Of a stretch of DNA of 58,361 bases, positions 48,852 to 58,361 are shown one piece after another. The stretch is from the NCBI GenBank assembly GCA_937958295.1, contig CALFEY010000080.1, forward strand, positions 1 to 58,361. Reading direction: 5' to 3'. Numbering within the stretch: position 1 is the stretch's first letter; every line of letters begins with the position of its first letter. Position numbers and translations under genes: made by a program. Source of the stretch: an uncultured Pseudomonadota bacterium (GTDB lineage Bacteria; Pseudomonadota; Gammaproteobacteria; Burkholderiales; Casimicrobiaceae). The notes under the pieces were generated by a model. The model was not told where the DNA came from. It saw only the letters and a list, made by a program, of their open reading frames with translations, and did not search any database.

Positions 48852-49307
48852 GTGCCCCCCCCGGACCCGTCCCCCGCTTCCGCGCCCATCACCGTGCTGG
48901 CCTTCGACTTCGGCACGCGACGCATCGGGGTGGCGGTCGGCAATACGCTCACGCGCAACGCGCAGCCCCTCGCCACGCTCGAGGCGCCCACGGCGGACGA
49001 GCGCCTTGCCGCCGCCGTGAGCCTCGTCGCGCAGTGGAGCGCGGGCTGCGTGGTGGTGGGGGTGCCGGTGCATGCGGATGGCACGCCGCACGCCATGACG
49101 CGCCGCGCCAGCGCGTTCGCGCGCGACCTCGCCGCCCGCGTTAGGGTGCCGGTGGAGCATGCCGACGAACGTCACACCACGGCGCTCGCGCAGGATCGGC
49201 TCTCCGCGCAACGCGCGGGGCGCGGCGGCCGCGCGACGCGCGATGCCGTGGCGGCCCAACTCATCCTGCAGGGGTGGCTCGATGCCCGCGAACGCCAGTC
49301 TTCCTGA
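48852..49307 (+). CDS. yqgF: YqgF/RuvX pre-16S rRNA nuclease
   Basis: LAFDFGTRRIGVA, DERHTT, DAVAAQLIL. Confidence 0.93.
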   Translation: MPPPDPSPASAPITVLAFDFGTRRIGVAVGNTLTRNAQPLATLEAPTADERLAAAVSLVAQWSAGCVVVGVPVHADGTPHAMTRRASAFARDLAARVRVPVEHADERHTTALAQDRLSAQRAGRGGRATRDAVAAQLILQGWLDARERQSS

Positions 49308-49788
49308 CGCCGAAGCCACGTTGCGCACGCTCGCCGAGCGCATGCGCGGCGCCGTGGCGCACGACGCCGCCTTCGTGGGCATCTACTCGGGGGGGGCGTG
49401 GGTGGCGGAGCGATTGCCCGCCCTCGTTCCAGGTCAGCACCCCGTGGGGTTCATCGACGTTTCCTTCTACCGTGACGATTACTCCCGCACGGGACTGAAG
49501 GGCGGCAGCAAGCGCACGTCGCTGCCCTTCGACGTGAATGGCGCCAACATCGTGCTGGTCGACGACGTGCTCTACACGGGACGCAGCGTGCGCGCGGCGA
49601 TCAACGAGCTCTTCGACTTCGGCCGACCCGCGCGCATCGAGCTCGCCGTGCTGGTGGATCGCGGGGGGCGCGAGCTGCCGATCGAGCACACCTACTGCGG
49701 CGCGCGGCTGGCGGTGGCGCGCGAGCTGTCGATCGTGCTGTCGCGCGACGAGGGACTCCTGACGCTGGCCGTGGAGCAGATGAGCTGA
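49282..49788 (+). CDS. pyrR: PyrR (UPRTase-like)
   Basis: [25 protein letters not shown]. Confidence 0.93.
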   Translation: MPANASLPDAEATLRTLAERMRGAVAHDAAFVGIYSGGAWVAERLPALVPGQHPVGFIDVSFYRDDYSRTGLKGGSKRTSLPFDVNGANIVLVDDVLYTGRSVRAAINELFDFGRPARIELAVLVDRGGRELPIEHTYCGARLAVARELSIVLSRDEGLLTLAVEQMS

Positions 49789-50750
49789 TGCGCAATCCCC
49801 AGCTCAATGCCCACGGCGAGCTCACGCACCTGCTCACGCTGGAGGGACTGCCCCCCGCGGTGATCTGCTCGATCCTCGACACCGCCGAGCCTTTCGTGTC
49901 CATCGCCGAGCGCGAGGTGAAGAAGGTGCCGCTCCTGCGCGGCAAGGCCGTGTTCAACCTGTTCTTCGAGAATTCCACGCGCACGCGTACCACGTTCGAG
50001 ATCGCCGCCAAGCGCCTGTCGGCCGACGTGATCAACCTCAACATCGGGGCGTCGTCCACGAGCAAGGGCGAGACGCTGCTCGATACCGTCGACAACCTGG
50101 TGGCCATGGATGCCGACATCTTCGTGGTGCGCCATTCGCAGTCGGGAGCGCCGCACCTCATCGCGGAGCACCTGTTGGCCACGGGCCGCAGCCATGTCCA
50201 CGTCGTCAATGCAGGCGACGGCCGGCATGCCCATCCCACGCAAGGGCTGCTCGACCTGTACACGATCCGCCACTACAAGAAGTCCTTCGAAGGTCTCACG
50301 GTGGCCATCGTGGGCGACGTCCTGCACTCGCGCGTGGCGCGCTCGCTCATCCATGGCCTTACCACCCTCGGCACGCCGGAAGTGCGCGTGATCGGCCCGG
50401 AAACCCTCATGCCCACGAAGGCGGAGGCACTGGGCGTGCGCGTGTTCCACGACATGCGCGAGGGACTGCGCGGCTGCGATGCGGTGGTGATGCTGCGGCT
50501 GCAAAACGAGCGCATGAACGGCACGCTGCTGCCGTCCGCGGGGGAGTTCTTCAAGAACTACGGCCTCACGCAGGATAAGCTTGCCCTCGCCAAGCCCGAC
50601 GCCATCGTGATGCATCCCGGTCCCATGAATCGGGGCGTGGAGATCGACTCGCCGGTGGCCGACGGCGAGCGCTCGGTGATCCTGCCGCAGGTCACCTTCG
50701 GCATCGCGGTGCGCATGGCCGTAATGAGCATCATCGCGGGGGCACGATGA
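49788..50750 (+). CDS. pyrB: Aspartate carbamoyltransferase catalytic subunit
   Basis: [24 protein letters not shown]. Confidence 0.97.
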   Translation: MRNPQLNAHGELTHLLTLEGLPPAVICSILDTAEPFVSIAEREVKKVPLLRGKAVFNLFFENSTRTRTTFEIAAKRLSADVINLNIGASSTSKGETLLDTVDNLVAMDADIFVVRHSQSGAPHLIAEHLLATGRSHVHVVNAGDGRHAHPTQGLLDLYTIRHYKKSFEGLTVAIVGDVLHSRVARSLIHGLTTLGTPEVRVIGPETLMPTKAEALGVRVFHDMREGLRGCDAVVMLRLQNERMNGTLLPSAGEFFKNYGLTQDKLALAKPDAIVMHPGPMNRGVEIDSPVADGERSVILPQVTFGIAVRMAVMSIIAGAR

Positions 50751-52015
50751 ACCTCGAGATCGCGAACGGCCGGCTCCTCGATCCCGAGCACGGCGAGCGG
50801 CAGGCCACGCTCTACGTCGCCGACGGCCGCATCGCGGGTGCGGGCGTCGCGCCCGCCGGCTTCCGCGCCGACCGCGTGATCGATGCCGCCGGTCTCGTCG
50901 TGGCGCCGGGCCTCGTGGACATCGCGGTGCGGCTGCGCGAGCCGGGCCTCGAGTACAAGGCCACGCTCGAGTCCGAGCTGGAGGCCGCGGTGGCAGGCGG
51001 CGTCACGAGCCTCGCTTGCCCGCCGGACACCGATCCGCCGCTGGACGAGCCCGGCCTCGTGGAGATGCTGAAGCACCGCGCGCGCATGCTCAACCTCGCG
51101 CACGTGTTCCCGGTGGGGGCGCTCACCGTGGGCTTGCGCGGCACGGCCCTCACCGAGATGGGCGAGCTCACCGAGGCGGGGTGCGTCGCGTTCTCGCAGG
51201 CGGACGTGGCGCTCGCCGATACCGAGCTCCTGCGCCGCGCGATGCAATACGCCGCCACGTTCGGCTATGCCCTGTGGCTGCGGCCCAGCGATCCGTATCT
51301 CGGCCGCACGGGAGTGGCCCACGACGGCGAGGTGGCCACGCGCCTCGGCCTTGCCGGCATCCCCGCGGCCGCAGAGACGATAGCGTTGGCCACGATCCTC
51401 GCCCTCGCCCGCGAAACGGGCGTGCGCCTGCACGTCTGCCGCCTCTCTTGCGCGCAGAGCGTGGCGCTGGTGCGCGAAGCCAAGGCGCAGGGGCTGCCGG
51501 TGACCTGCGACGTCGCCGTGCATCACCTGCACCTGTGCGATGTGGACATCGGCTGGTTCGACAGCAACGCCCGCGTGGTGCCGCCGTTTCGCTCCACGCG
51601 TGACCGCGCCGCGCTGCGCGCCGGCGTGGCCGACGGCACCATCGACGTCGTGTGCTCCGATCACGCGCCGGTGGACGACGACGGCAAGCAGCTGCCCTTC
51701 GCCGAGGCCGAGCCCGGCGTCACCGGCCTCGAGCTCCTGCTGCCGCTCACGCTCAAATGGGCGGCGGAGGAGGGCGTGAGCCTCGCGCAGGCGCTGGCCA
51801 GGATCACCGCGGCACCCGCGAGGCTTCTCGGCGGCACCGCAACGCTCGCCGTCGGCGCGCCTGCCGACCTGTGCCTCTTCGATCCGCAGGCGTGGTGGAA
51901 GGTAGAGCGCGGTGCCCTGCGCAGCCAGGGCAAGCACACGCCCTTCCTTGGGCTCGAGGTCCCCGGCCGGGTGCGCCTCACGCTCGTGGACGGACTCGTC
52001 GTCCACGAAGCCTGA
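50747..52015 (+). CDS. pyrC: Dihydroorotase-like protein, likely inactive PyrC'
   Basis: DHOase fold; the metal-binding HxH is replaced in [10 protein letters not shown]; SDHAP retained; coupled to pyrB by ATGA overlap. Confidence 0.88.
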   Translation: MNLEIANGRLLDPEHGERQATLYVADGRIAGAGVAPAGFRADRVIDAAGLVVAPGLVDIAVRLREPGLEYKATLESELEAAVAGGVTSLACPPDTDPPLDEPGLVEMLKHRARMLNLAHVFPVGALTVGLRGTALTEMGELTEAGCVAFSQADVALADTELLRRAMQYAATFGYALWLRPSDPYLGRTGVAHDGEVATRLGLAGIPAAAETIALATILALARETGVRLHVCRLSCAQSVALVREAKAQGLPVTCDVAVHHLHLCDVDIGWFDSNARVVPPFRSTRDRAALRAGVADGTIDVVCSDHAPVDDDGKQLPFAEAEPGVTGLELLLPLTLKWAAEEGVSLAQALARITAAPARLLGGTATLAVGAPADLCLFDPQAWWKVERGALRSQGKHTPFLGLEVPGRVRLTLVDGLVVHEA

Positions 52016-52109
52016 TCCCTCGCGTACCGCAAGGTGCCGGCCGAAGAGGCATCGCAGAAGATGACCGCTCGGTTCGACCGCGACCTCTGAACGCGCGGGC
52101 GCCTCTTCC

Positions 52110-55100
52110 CTAGAACGCCAGCGCCGCCTTGAGGCCGGCGCCGTAGGCGTCGGTGTTGCGTGAGAAGCTGCCGGAAATCTCCGCGCGCACCGACAGGTTG
52201 CCCGACGTGTACATCGTCACGCTGGCGGCGGCGTCCAGGCGCGTGCTGTCGAGCTTCGTGCGCGAGGTGAAGGCGGGGACGTCCGCCGGCGCGGCGGCAA
52301 AGCGCGCCGTGACGGACGGCGCGGCGTTGCCCACGAACTGCGTTAGGCCCAGCGTGAGCTGCGGCCGCACGAGGAGGCCGTCGGCCGTCTCGACCTGCGT
52401 GTAGAAGTCCACGGCAGGCAGCACGTCGACGTAGGTGTCGTGCTGGCGATCGACGCTCACGCGAAAGGCGTTGTCGCCGGTTTCGTCGAAGCCGTCCATC
52501 GAGAGGTAGTGCACGCCCACGCCGATGCGCGGCTTAAGCGCGACGGCACTGCGCTGGAAGAGCCACGCCGCCTGCACGCGGCCCGACACGAGCCACATGC
52601 GCTGCGTGGCGGTGACGGCCCCGCCGCCCCACGGCGCGCGGCGATTGTCGTAGGTGCCGTAGCCCACCGCGAGCCCGCCGGCGACCTGCATCACGCCGTC
52701 GCGGCGTAGCGCTGTGAGGCCCGCCTGGAACTCGTCGCCGCGGCTCGAGGCCTGGCTCGCGTCCACGCTCACCCGGCGCTGGCCGTAGGCGAGCGCGCCG
52801 CCGAGCGACCAGCCCCCGGACAAGGCGGCTTGACCGCCGGCCGCCACGTGCCAGTCGTTGGCGTCGAAGCCCACGTTGTCGCCCGTTGCCTGCTGGCGGA
52901 ACTCGCTGCCGCGCAGGCTTGCCCACCCGCACGAGCCTTCGCCGAAGTACCGTGCCTCGCCCGCGCGCTGGTCGCAGTTGACGAGCGCGTCGCTGAACTC
53001 GATTGCCGAGAGCAGGGAAACGATCTGGTTGTCCACGGCGAGCTCGATGCCCATCGTATTCATCGCGCCGGCGTACGTCGCGCCGTCCTCGATGGCGATG
53101 AGCGAGCGGGCGAGCGCGGGGTCGAGCGCCTGGCGGCGGTACAGGGCGTGCAGGTGGCGCGCCACTGCATCCTGGTTGTCGTTGGTCGCCGCGAGAATCC
53201 CCGTGTTGGCGAAATCGATGTCGTAGCCGAGCGCCAGCGCGCCGGGTGCATCCTGCTGCACGCGAAACTGGGCCACGGCGGAGCGCGAGACATCGAGGTC
53301 GGCGCTCGTCAATCCCGCCCCTGCCGTGACGATTTGCAGCGAACGCGCGCCCTCAGCCGGTTGCCAGGTATCGAGCAGGTTCACCGCGACCCGTCCGCCG
53401 AGCGCGGCGCTGCCGTCCACGATCAGGCGATCGGCCGCCCCGGCGCCGCCGGCCGCGCGGGGGTCGAGGTCGATGGCGAGCACGCCCCCGGCGCCCTGCG
53501 TGAGGTGGCCGGTGACGCGCGTGGCAGCGGCAGCGCCCGCGCCGCCGATGGCGAGCGTGCCGTCGTTGCGCAGCGTGGTGACGTCCAGGATCGCGCCGCT
53601 GTTCACCGTGGCGCCCGCGAAGTTCGCGAGCGCGATGCGCGAGGTCGACGCCGCGCCCAGCGCGGGCTCGGTGGTGGCGCCCACGATGGACCCCGTGATG
53701 ATGCCGTGATTGAAGATATCCGTGACGATCGCGCCGCCCGTCGCGCGGATCACGGGGCTCGCTGCATTGCCCGAAGCGAGCGTGCCATAGTTGGTGACGG
53801 CGTTCGCGTGGCCGTCCTTGATGCCGATCGTCTCCGCGCCGCCCGCGCCGGTGGATACCGTGACGCCCTTCGCGACGTTGATGGTTACGCTTCCGCTCTG
53901 CGCGTACCCTTGGCTCTGCGCGAGAATCGCGCGACCCTGCGAGCCCGTGGCGCTGATGCTGGCGTTCACGGCGATGGTCACGTCGCCGGAGGCATCGTCC
54001 TTGCCTTGGCCCGACGCCGACTGGGCGAAGACGCCGTGCGCCGATTCCCCGGTGACCGTGATCGGGCCGTTGACGGTGACGCTCACCGTGCCGCCATGGC
54101 CGACGGCCCCACCGCTGCCTGCGAAGTCATACAGGCGGTTGGCCTCGTCCAGGCCGCTCTTGAGGCCGGCCATCCCGCCGGAGCCGCCCACCGAATGCGC
54201 GGCGATGCCGTGCGCCGATTTGCCGCTGGTGGCAATGGCGCCGGCCGTCACGCTTACCGCTCCGCCGTCGCCGCCCGCGCCGGCGTCCTCCTGCACGTTG
54301 ATCACACCCATGCCGATGTTGAGGTCCGCCCACGAGTAGGCGAGCGACTTCTCGAGGTTGCCCGCCGTGCCGCCGCCCCCGCCCACGGACTGCGCGAAGA
54401 TGCCCACGCCGCCTTCGCCGGTGGTGCGGATCCCGCCGGGCGTGCTCACGGTCACGTTGCCGCCGTGCCCGCCGCCGCTGCCGCCGCCGCTGATCGCGAT
54501 CTTGCCGGACAGCCCCTCGCTCGCTGCGCCGCCGTCGCCGCCTCCGCCGCCGATCGATTGGGCATGGATGCCGAACGAGTGGTGGCCGCTTGTGGTGAGA
54601 AGGGCGGCATTGTCCACGGTCACGTCGCCGCCATCCCCCGACGCGCCCCCCGAGCCGCCGACGATGATGTTGACGCTCGTGAAGCCGGGGATCGACGTGA
54701 AGGTCTTGCCGAGCGAGGTGATTTCGCCGGCGAGCTTGTCCGTGGTCCAGGCGGTGAGCCCCGTGCTGCCTTCGCCGCCGTTGCCGCCGCCGCCGCCCAC
54801 CGACTTGGCGTAGATCGCGTGCGCGACCTTCCCCGCCGTGGCGATGGCGGCGGTGTTGTCCACGCCGACCGTGCCGCCGTTGCCCGCGGCGCCGCCCGAG
54901 CCGCCGATCTCGATCTTGGCGTTGATCTTGACCGCGGTCTGCGTACCGTCGCCCGCCTTGCAGAGGTAGTTGTCGCCCGCCGCCACGCGCACGCCGGTGC
55001 AGATACCGTTGAACGAGTAGCTGTAGGCGGACGCGGCGCCGCCGCTGCCGCCGCCACCGCCGATGCTCATGGCCTCGAGGCCGCGGGAAAGGTCCCCCTG

Positions 55101-58100
55101 CGTCGTGATCGTGCCGGCATTGGTGACGTGCACGCTGTCGCCGTTGCCGCCGGCCCCGCCGCTCCCCCCGGCGCCCAGGTTGATGTTCGACGACAGCGTA
55201 TTGCCGCCGCCGCTGCCCGTGAGCGTGACGACGATGGCCCCGGCATTGCCCCCGTGCCCGCCGCCGCCGCCGATGCTCTGCGCAGCGAGGCCGGGGCTGC
55301 CGGCGGATTGCGTGAGCAGGGCGCCGGCATTGCGCACGGTCACCTTGCCGCCGTCGTTGCCGTTGCCGCCTACGCCGCCGTGGTTGGCGGAGAAGGTGAG
55401 GCTCGATCCCGGTGTGGCGGTGGCCGCCACGGTGTACACGCCGCCGCCCGCCCCGCCGCCGCCGCCGATGGACTGGGCGAGAAGCGCCACCGCGAGAAAG
55501 CCTTGCGTGGTGATGCTCGCGTTGTTGGTGACGTCCACGGTACCGCCTACCGCGCCGCTCGCGCCGATCCCGCCCCAGGTGCCGGTCATCTGCAGCGAGC
55601 CGGTGGAGCTCGCCGCGGCGTTGCCGCTGTAGACGCTGCCGGCGATGCCCCCGTTGCCCCCGATCGAATGGGCGGCAAGGCCATAGGATCCGAAGCCCGC
55701 GGTGGCGATCGTCCCCTGCGCATTCACCGTGACGGCGCCGCCCACGCCCCCGGCACCGCCGCTGCCGCCCACGCTCACGTTGACGCTGCCGGAGACCTCC
55801 CCGGCGGACAGGCCCGCCTCGACGGACAGGCCGCCTTCGCCGCCGGCACCGCCGGTGCTCATCGCGACGATGCCGTGCGCGAGGTCGCCTCCCGTGGACA
55901 CGCGTCCGGCGGACGAGACCGACACGGCCCCCGCCGCGCCGCCCACGCCCCCGTTGCCGCCCACCGACGAGTTGAGGCTGCCCATCGTGAGACCCGAGGT
56001 GGTGATCGTGCCCTTCGCATTGCCGCCGCTGCCGGCGATCGACTTGGCGTCGATGCCGGTGGAGAAGAGGCCCTCGGTGGCGATGTCGGCCTGGTTCGTC
56101 ACGGTCACGACACCGCTCGATCCGCCCGGGCCGGCGCGTCCGCCGACCGCGACGTCGATGTCCCCCAGCGACGCCGCGCTGGCGTCGATCACGAGCCCCG
56201 AAGAGCCGCCGCCATTGGCGATGGAGTGCGCGCGCAGGCCGTCGCTCACGCGGCCTGCGGTGGTGATCGCGGCCGTGTTGATCACGGTGACGTTGCCGCC
56301 GCTGCCCGTGCTGCTGCCCGGCACCGAATCGTGGCTGCCGCCGTTGCCGCCCACGGTCACGCCGAGGTTACCTCCGGAGACGCCGTTGGCGGACACGGTC
56401 ACGCCGGCATCGCCGCCGCCGCCACCGACGCTCTGCGCCGTGATCGCGGCGGCATTGTGGCCGGCGGTGGCGATGCTGGCGCCAGTCGTGACGTTCACCG
56501 GGCCGCCGTTGCCGGCCGCGCCACCGCTGCCGCCCACCGTGGTGCCGACGCTGAGTCCCGATGCCGCATCGAAGGTGCCCGTGAAATCGGCCGCGCCGCC
56601 GCCACCGCCCACGGTGCGGGCGACCACGCCGTACGCCGCATGCCCCGCGGTGGTGATGGCCCCGGCGGTGGCCACGGTTACGGCACCGCCCGACCCGCCG
56701 GCGCCGCCGCTGCCGCCCACCGCGGTGGTTACGGCTACGGCGCTCGGCAGCGTCCCCGTCGCGACCGTCCCCGCCGTGCCCCCGCCGCCCCCCGCCGAGT
56801 GCGCGCGCACCGCGGCGGAGCCGTCGCCGGTGGTGGCCAGCGCACCGGTGGCCACGACGCTGACCTGGCCGCCCGCGCCGCCGAGGCCGCCGCTGCCTCC
56901 GACGCTGGTGTCCACCGATACGAAGCCGCCCTGCGCGGCCGCGACCGTGGTGCCGGCGTGCCCGCCGCCGCCGCCCACCGCCATCACGTGGAGGGCATCC
57001 GCATTGGTGCCTTGCGTGGAAACATCGCCGGACAGGCTCGCACTCGCGCTGGCCGCATTGCCGCCGCCTCCGCCGATGCCGCCCACGGCGACGGCGACGG
57101 TGGCAAGCGGCACCGCCGCCACCGAGATCGCGTTGCCGGCGTCGCCGCCGCCTCCGCCCTGGCTCTGGACGAAGATGCCGCGCGCGCGGTCACCGCTGGT
57201 GCGGATCGTGTAGCCGCCCGCGCCGGAGTCGTTGTAGCTCGCGTCGCCGCCGCTCCCGCCCGCGCCGCCCTTGCCCCCGATGGCGAGGCTGAAGGCCACG
57301 GAGACGCCGATCGCATTGGACCCCGACCCGCCGCCCTGGCCCACGCTTTGCACCACCACACCGTCGGCGTCGCGGCCTTGTGTCGTGATGGAGGCGTCGT
57401 TCTGCGCTGCGGCGGTGGCACCGCTGCCGCCGTTCCCGCCAACGCCCCCGATCGCCACGATGCCCGACGTGGAGTGCGCGCTGCCGCCGCCCCCGCCGAT
57501 GCTCGTGGCGGTGATGCCGTCGGCCTGGTCGCCCTTCGTCTGGATCGTGCCGGTGGCCCCGTTCACGACCGTGGCCTGGCCGCCGTTGCCGCCCGCCCCC
57601 GACGTGCCGCCGATCGCCGCCACGCCGCGCGCGGCCCCGGCATCGCCGCCGCCGCCCCCCTGGCTCGTGGCGGCGATGCCCACCGATCCGCTGCCGCTCG
57701 TGGCAAGCGATGCTTCGTTCTGGATCGAGACCACGCCGCCGTCGCCGCCGGATGCGCCGGTGCCGCCCAGCGCCGCCACGCCATCGGTGGACGAGGCCTT
57801 GCCGCCGCCGCCTCCGACGCTCTGCGCCGTGATGGCCGTGGCCGAGTCGCCGGCGGTGGCGATGGACGACGCGCTGCCCAGCACCGTCACGCCCACACTG
57901 CCGCCGCCGCCCGCGCTTTGGTCGTTGGCCCCGTACGCGACGAATCCGGACGCATTCCCGGCGTTGCCGCTGTAGCCGCCCACGCTCTGCGCGAAGATGC
58001 CGTTGCCTTCGCTGCCCTGCGTGACGAGGGTGCCCGAGTACGTGATATCCACGGCGCCGCCCGGCCCGCCTCCGAGGTCGGCGCCGCCATGCCCGCTGCC

Positions 58101-58361
58101 GCCATCGCCGGGTCCGCCGTTGCCGCCCGCGCCACCGTAGCTCCGCGCGAAGAGGCCGAGCCCCTGGTCGCCGCCCACGCTGATGCTCGCGCCGTTGAGC
58201 CCGATGGTGATGTCGCCACCCGCCCCGCCCACGCCGCCGTCGCCGCCGAAGCCCTTGATGGTGCCGGCATGCCCGAAGCCGCCGTTGCCCCCGGTGCCGC
58301 CGGCGCTCACCGCCTGGATAGCGTGCTGCTGCGGCTGGGTCACGGTCACCGACAGCATGCC
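52110..58361 (-). CDS. Giant Gly-rich repeat autotransporter (5'-truncated by window edge)
   Basis: >2080 aa of TxGxxxxG(I/L/V)xAxSxGGGGG repeats, then an ADRLIVDG-type linker and a C-terminal amphipathic beta-barrel ending YGAGLKAALAF. The frame stays open to the window end. Confidence 0.9.
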   Translation of the reverse strand, partial: GMLSVTVTQPQQHAIQAVSAGGTGGNGGFGHAGTIKGFGGDGGVGGAGGDITIGLNGASISVGGDQGLGLFARSYGGAGGNGGPGDGGSGHGGADLGGGPGGAVDITYSGTLVTQGSEGNGIFAQSVGGYSGNAGNASGFVAYGANDQSAGGGGSVGVTVLGSASSIATAGDSATAITAQSVGGGGGKASSTDGVAALGGTGASGGDGGVVSIQNEASLATSGSGSVGIAATSQGGGGGDAGAARGVAAIGGTSGAGGNGGQATVVNGATGTIQTKGDQADGITATSIGGGGGSAHSTSGIVAIGGVGGNGGSGATAAAQNDASITTQGRDADGVVVQSVGQGGGSGSNAIGVSVAFSLAIGGKGGAGGSGGDASYNDSGAGGYTIRTSGDRARGIFVQSQGGGGGDAGNAISVAAVPLATVAVAVGGIGGGGGNAASASASLSGDVSTQGTNADALHVMAVGGGGGHAGTTVAAAQGGFVSVDTSVGGSGGLGGAGGQVSVVATGALATTGDGSAAVRAHSAGGGGGTAGTVATGTLPSAVAVTTAVGGSGGAGGSGGAVTVATAGAITTAGHAAYGVVARTVGGGGGAADFTGTFDAASGLSVGTTVGGSGGAAGNGGPVNVTTGASIATAGHNAAAITAQSVGGGGGDAGVTVSANGVSGGNLGVTVGGNGGSHDSVPGSSTGSGGNVTVINTAAITTAGRVSDGLRAHSIANGGGSSGLVIDASAASLGDIDVAVGGRAGPGGSSGVVTVTNQADIATEGLFSTGIDAKSIAGSGGNAKGTITTSGLTMGSLNSSVGGNGGVGGAAGAVSVSSAGRVSTGGDLAHGIVAMSTGGAGGEGGLSVEAGLSAGEVSGSVNVSVGGSGGAGGVGGAVTVNAQGTIATAGFGSYGLAAHSIGGNGGIAGSVYSGNAAASSTGSLQMTGTWGGIGASGAVGGTVDVTNNASITTQGFLAVALLAQSIGGGGGAGGGVYTVAATATPGSSLTFSANHGGVGGNGNDGGKVTVRNAGALLTQSAGSPGLAAQSIGGGGGHGGNAGAIVVTLTGSGGGNTLSSNINLGAGGSGGAGGNGDSVHVTNAGTITTQGDLSRGLEAMSIGGGGGSGGAASAYSYSFNGICTGVRVAAGDNYLCKAGDGTQTAVKINAKIEIGGSGGAAGNGGTVGVDNTAAIATAGKVAHAIYAKSVGGGGGNGGEGSTGLTAWTTDKLAGEITSLGKTFTSIPGFTSVNIIVGGSGGASGDGGDVTVDNAALLTTSGHHSFGIHAQSIGGGGGDGGAASEGLSGKIAISGGGSGGGHGGNVTVSTPGGIRTTGEGGVGIFAQSVGGGGGTAGNLEKSLAYSWADLNIGMGVINVQEDAGAGGDGGAVSVTAGAIATSGKSAHGIAAHSVGGSGGMAGLKSGLDEANRLYDFAGSGGAVGHGGTVSVTVNGPITVTGESAHGVFAQSASGQGKDDASGDVTIAVNASISATGSQGRAILAQSQGYAQSGSVTINVAKGVTVSTGAGGAETIGIKDGHANAVTNYGTLASGNAASPVIRATGGAIVTDIFNHGIITGSIVGATTEPALGAASTSRIALANFAGATVNSGAILDVTTLRNDGTLAIGGAGAAAATRVTGHLTQGAGGVLAIDLDPRAAGGAGAADRLIVDGSAALGGRVAVNLLDTWQPAEGARSLQIVTAGAGLTSADLDVSRSAVAQFRVQQDAPGALALGYDIDFANTGILAATNDNQDAVARHLHALYRRQALDPALARSLIAIEDGATYAGAMNTMGIELAVDNQIVSLLSAIEFSDALVNCDQRAGEARYFGEGSCGWASLRGSEFRQQATGDNVGFDANDWHVAAGGQAALSGGWSLGGALAYGQRRVSVDASQASSRGDEFQAGLTALRRDGVMQVAGGLAVGYGTYDNRRAPWGGGAVTATQRMWLVSGRVQAAWLFQRSAVALKPRIGVGVHYLSMDGFDETGDNAFRVSVDRQHDTYVDVLPAVDFYTQVETADGLLVRPQLTLGLTQFVGNAAPSVTARFAAAPADVPAFTSRTKLDSTRLDAAASVTMYTSGNLSVRAEISGSFSRNTDAYGAGLKAALAF

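Overview
High-GC, betaproteobacterial-looking chromosomal window, mostly core genes. In order: the 3' part of a large NAD-glutamate dehydrogenase; a 2442-aa DUF11/Ig-repeat surface protein with an IPTL-CTERM-like tail; cspA; a MesD-type core methionine synthase; a D-2-hydroxyacid dehydrogenase; grxD; spoT-rpoZ-gmk. A ~7.9-kb accessory block follows (YbaY/META protein, alpha/beta hydrolase, triple-Rid protein, Bug/TctC binding protein, LysR, two short ChrA genes, FAH-family protein). After it come yicC, a Ser/Thr kinase and PP2C phosphatase, dnaQ, ppk1-sixA/ppx, ilvA, pilGHIJ-chpA, an EF-G paralog, photolyase, yqgE-yqgF-pyrR-pyrB-pyrC', and the 3' part of a giant Gly-rich autotransporter. The best candidate for an undescribed system is the accessory block between gmk and yicC. 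Three separate promoters there (hydrolase, Bug+triple-Rid operon, FAH) share a 17-bp palindrome, KTGAA-N7-TTCAC, at nearly the same distance from the predicted -10 box. This suggests a co-regulated catabolic module built around a single-chain, three-domain Rid protein lacking the catalytic Arg. No rRNA, tRNA, CRISPR, integrase or transposase was seen. All calls are by-eye motif recognition; no searches were run.
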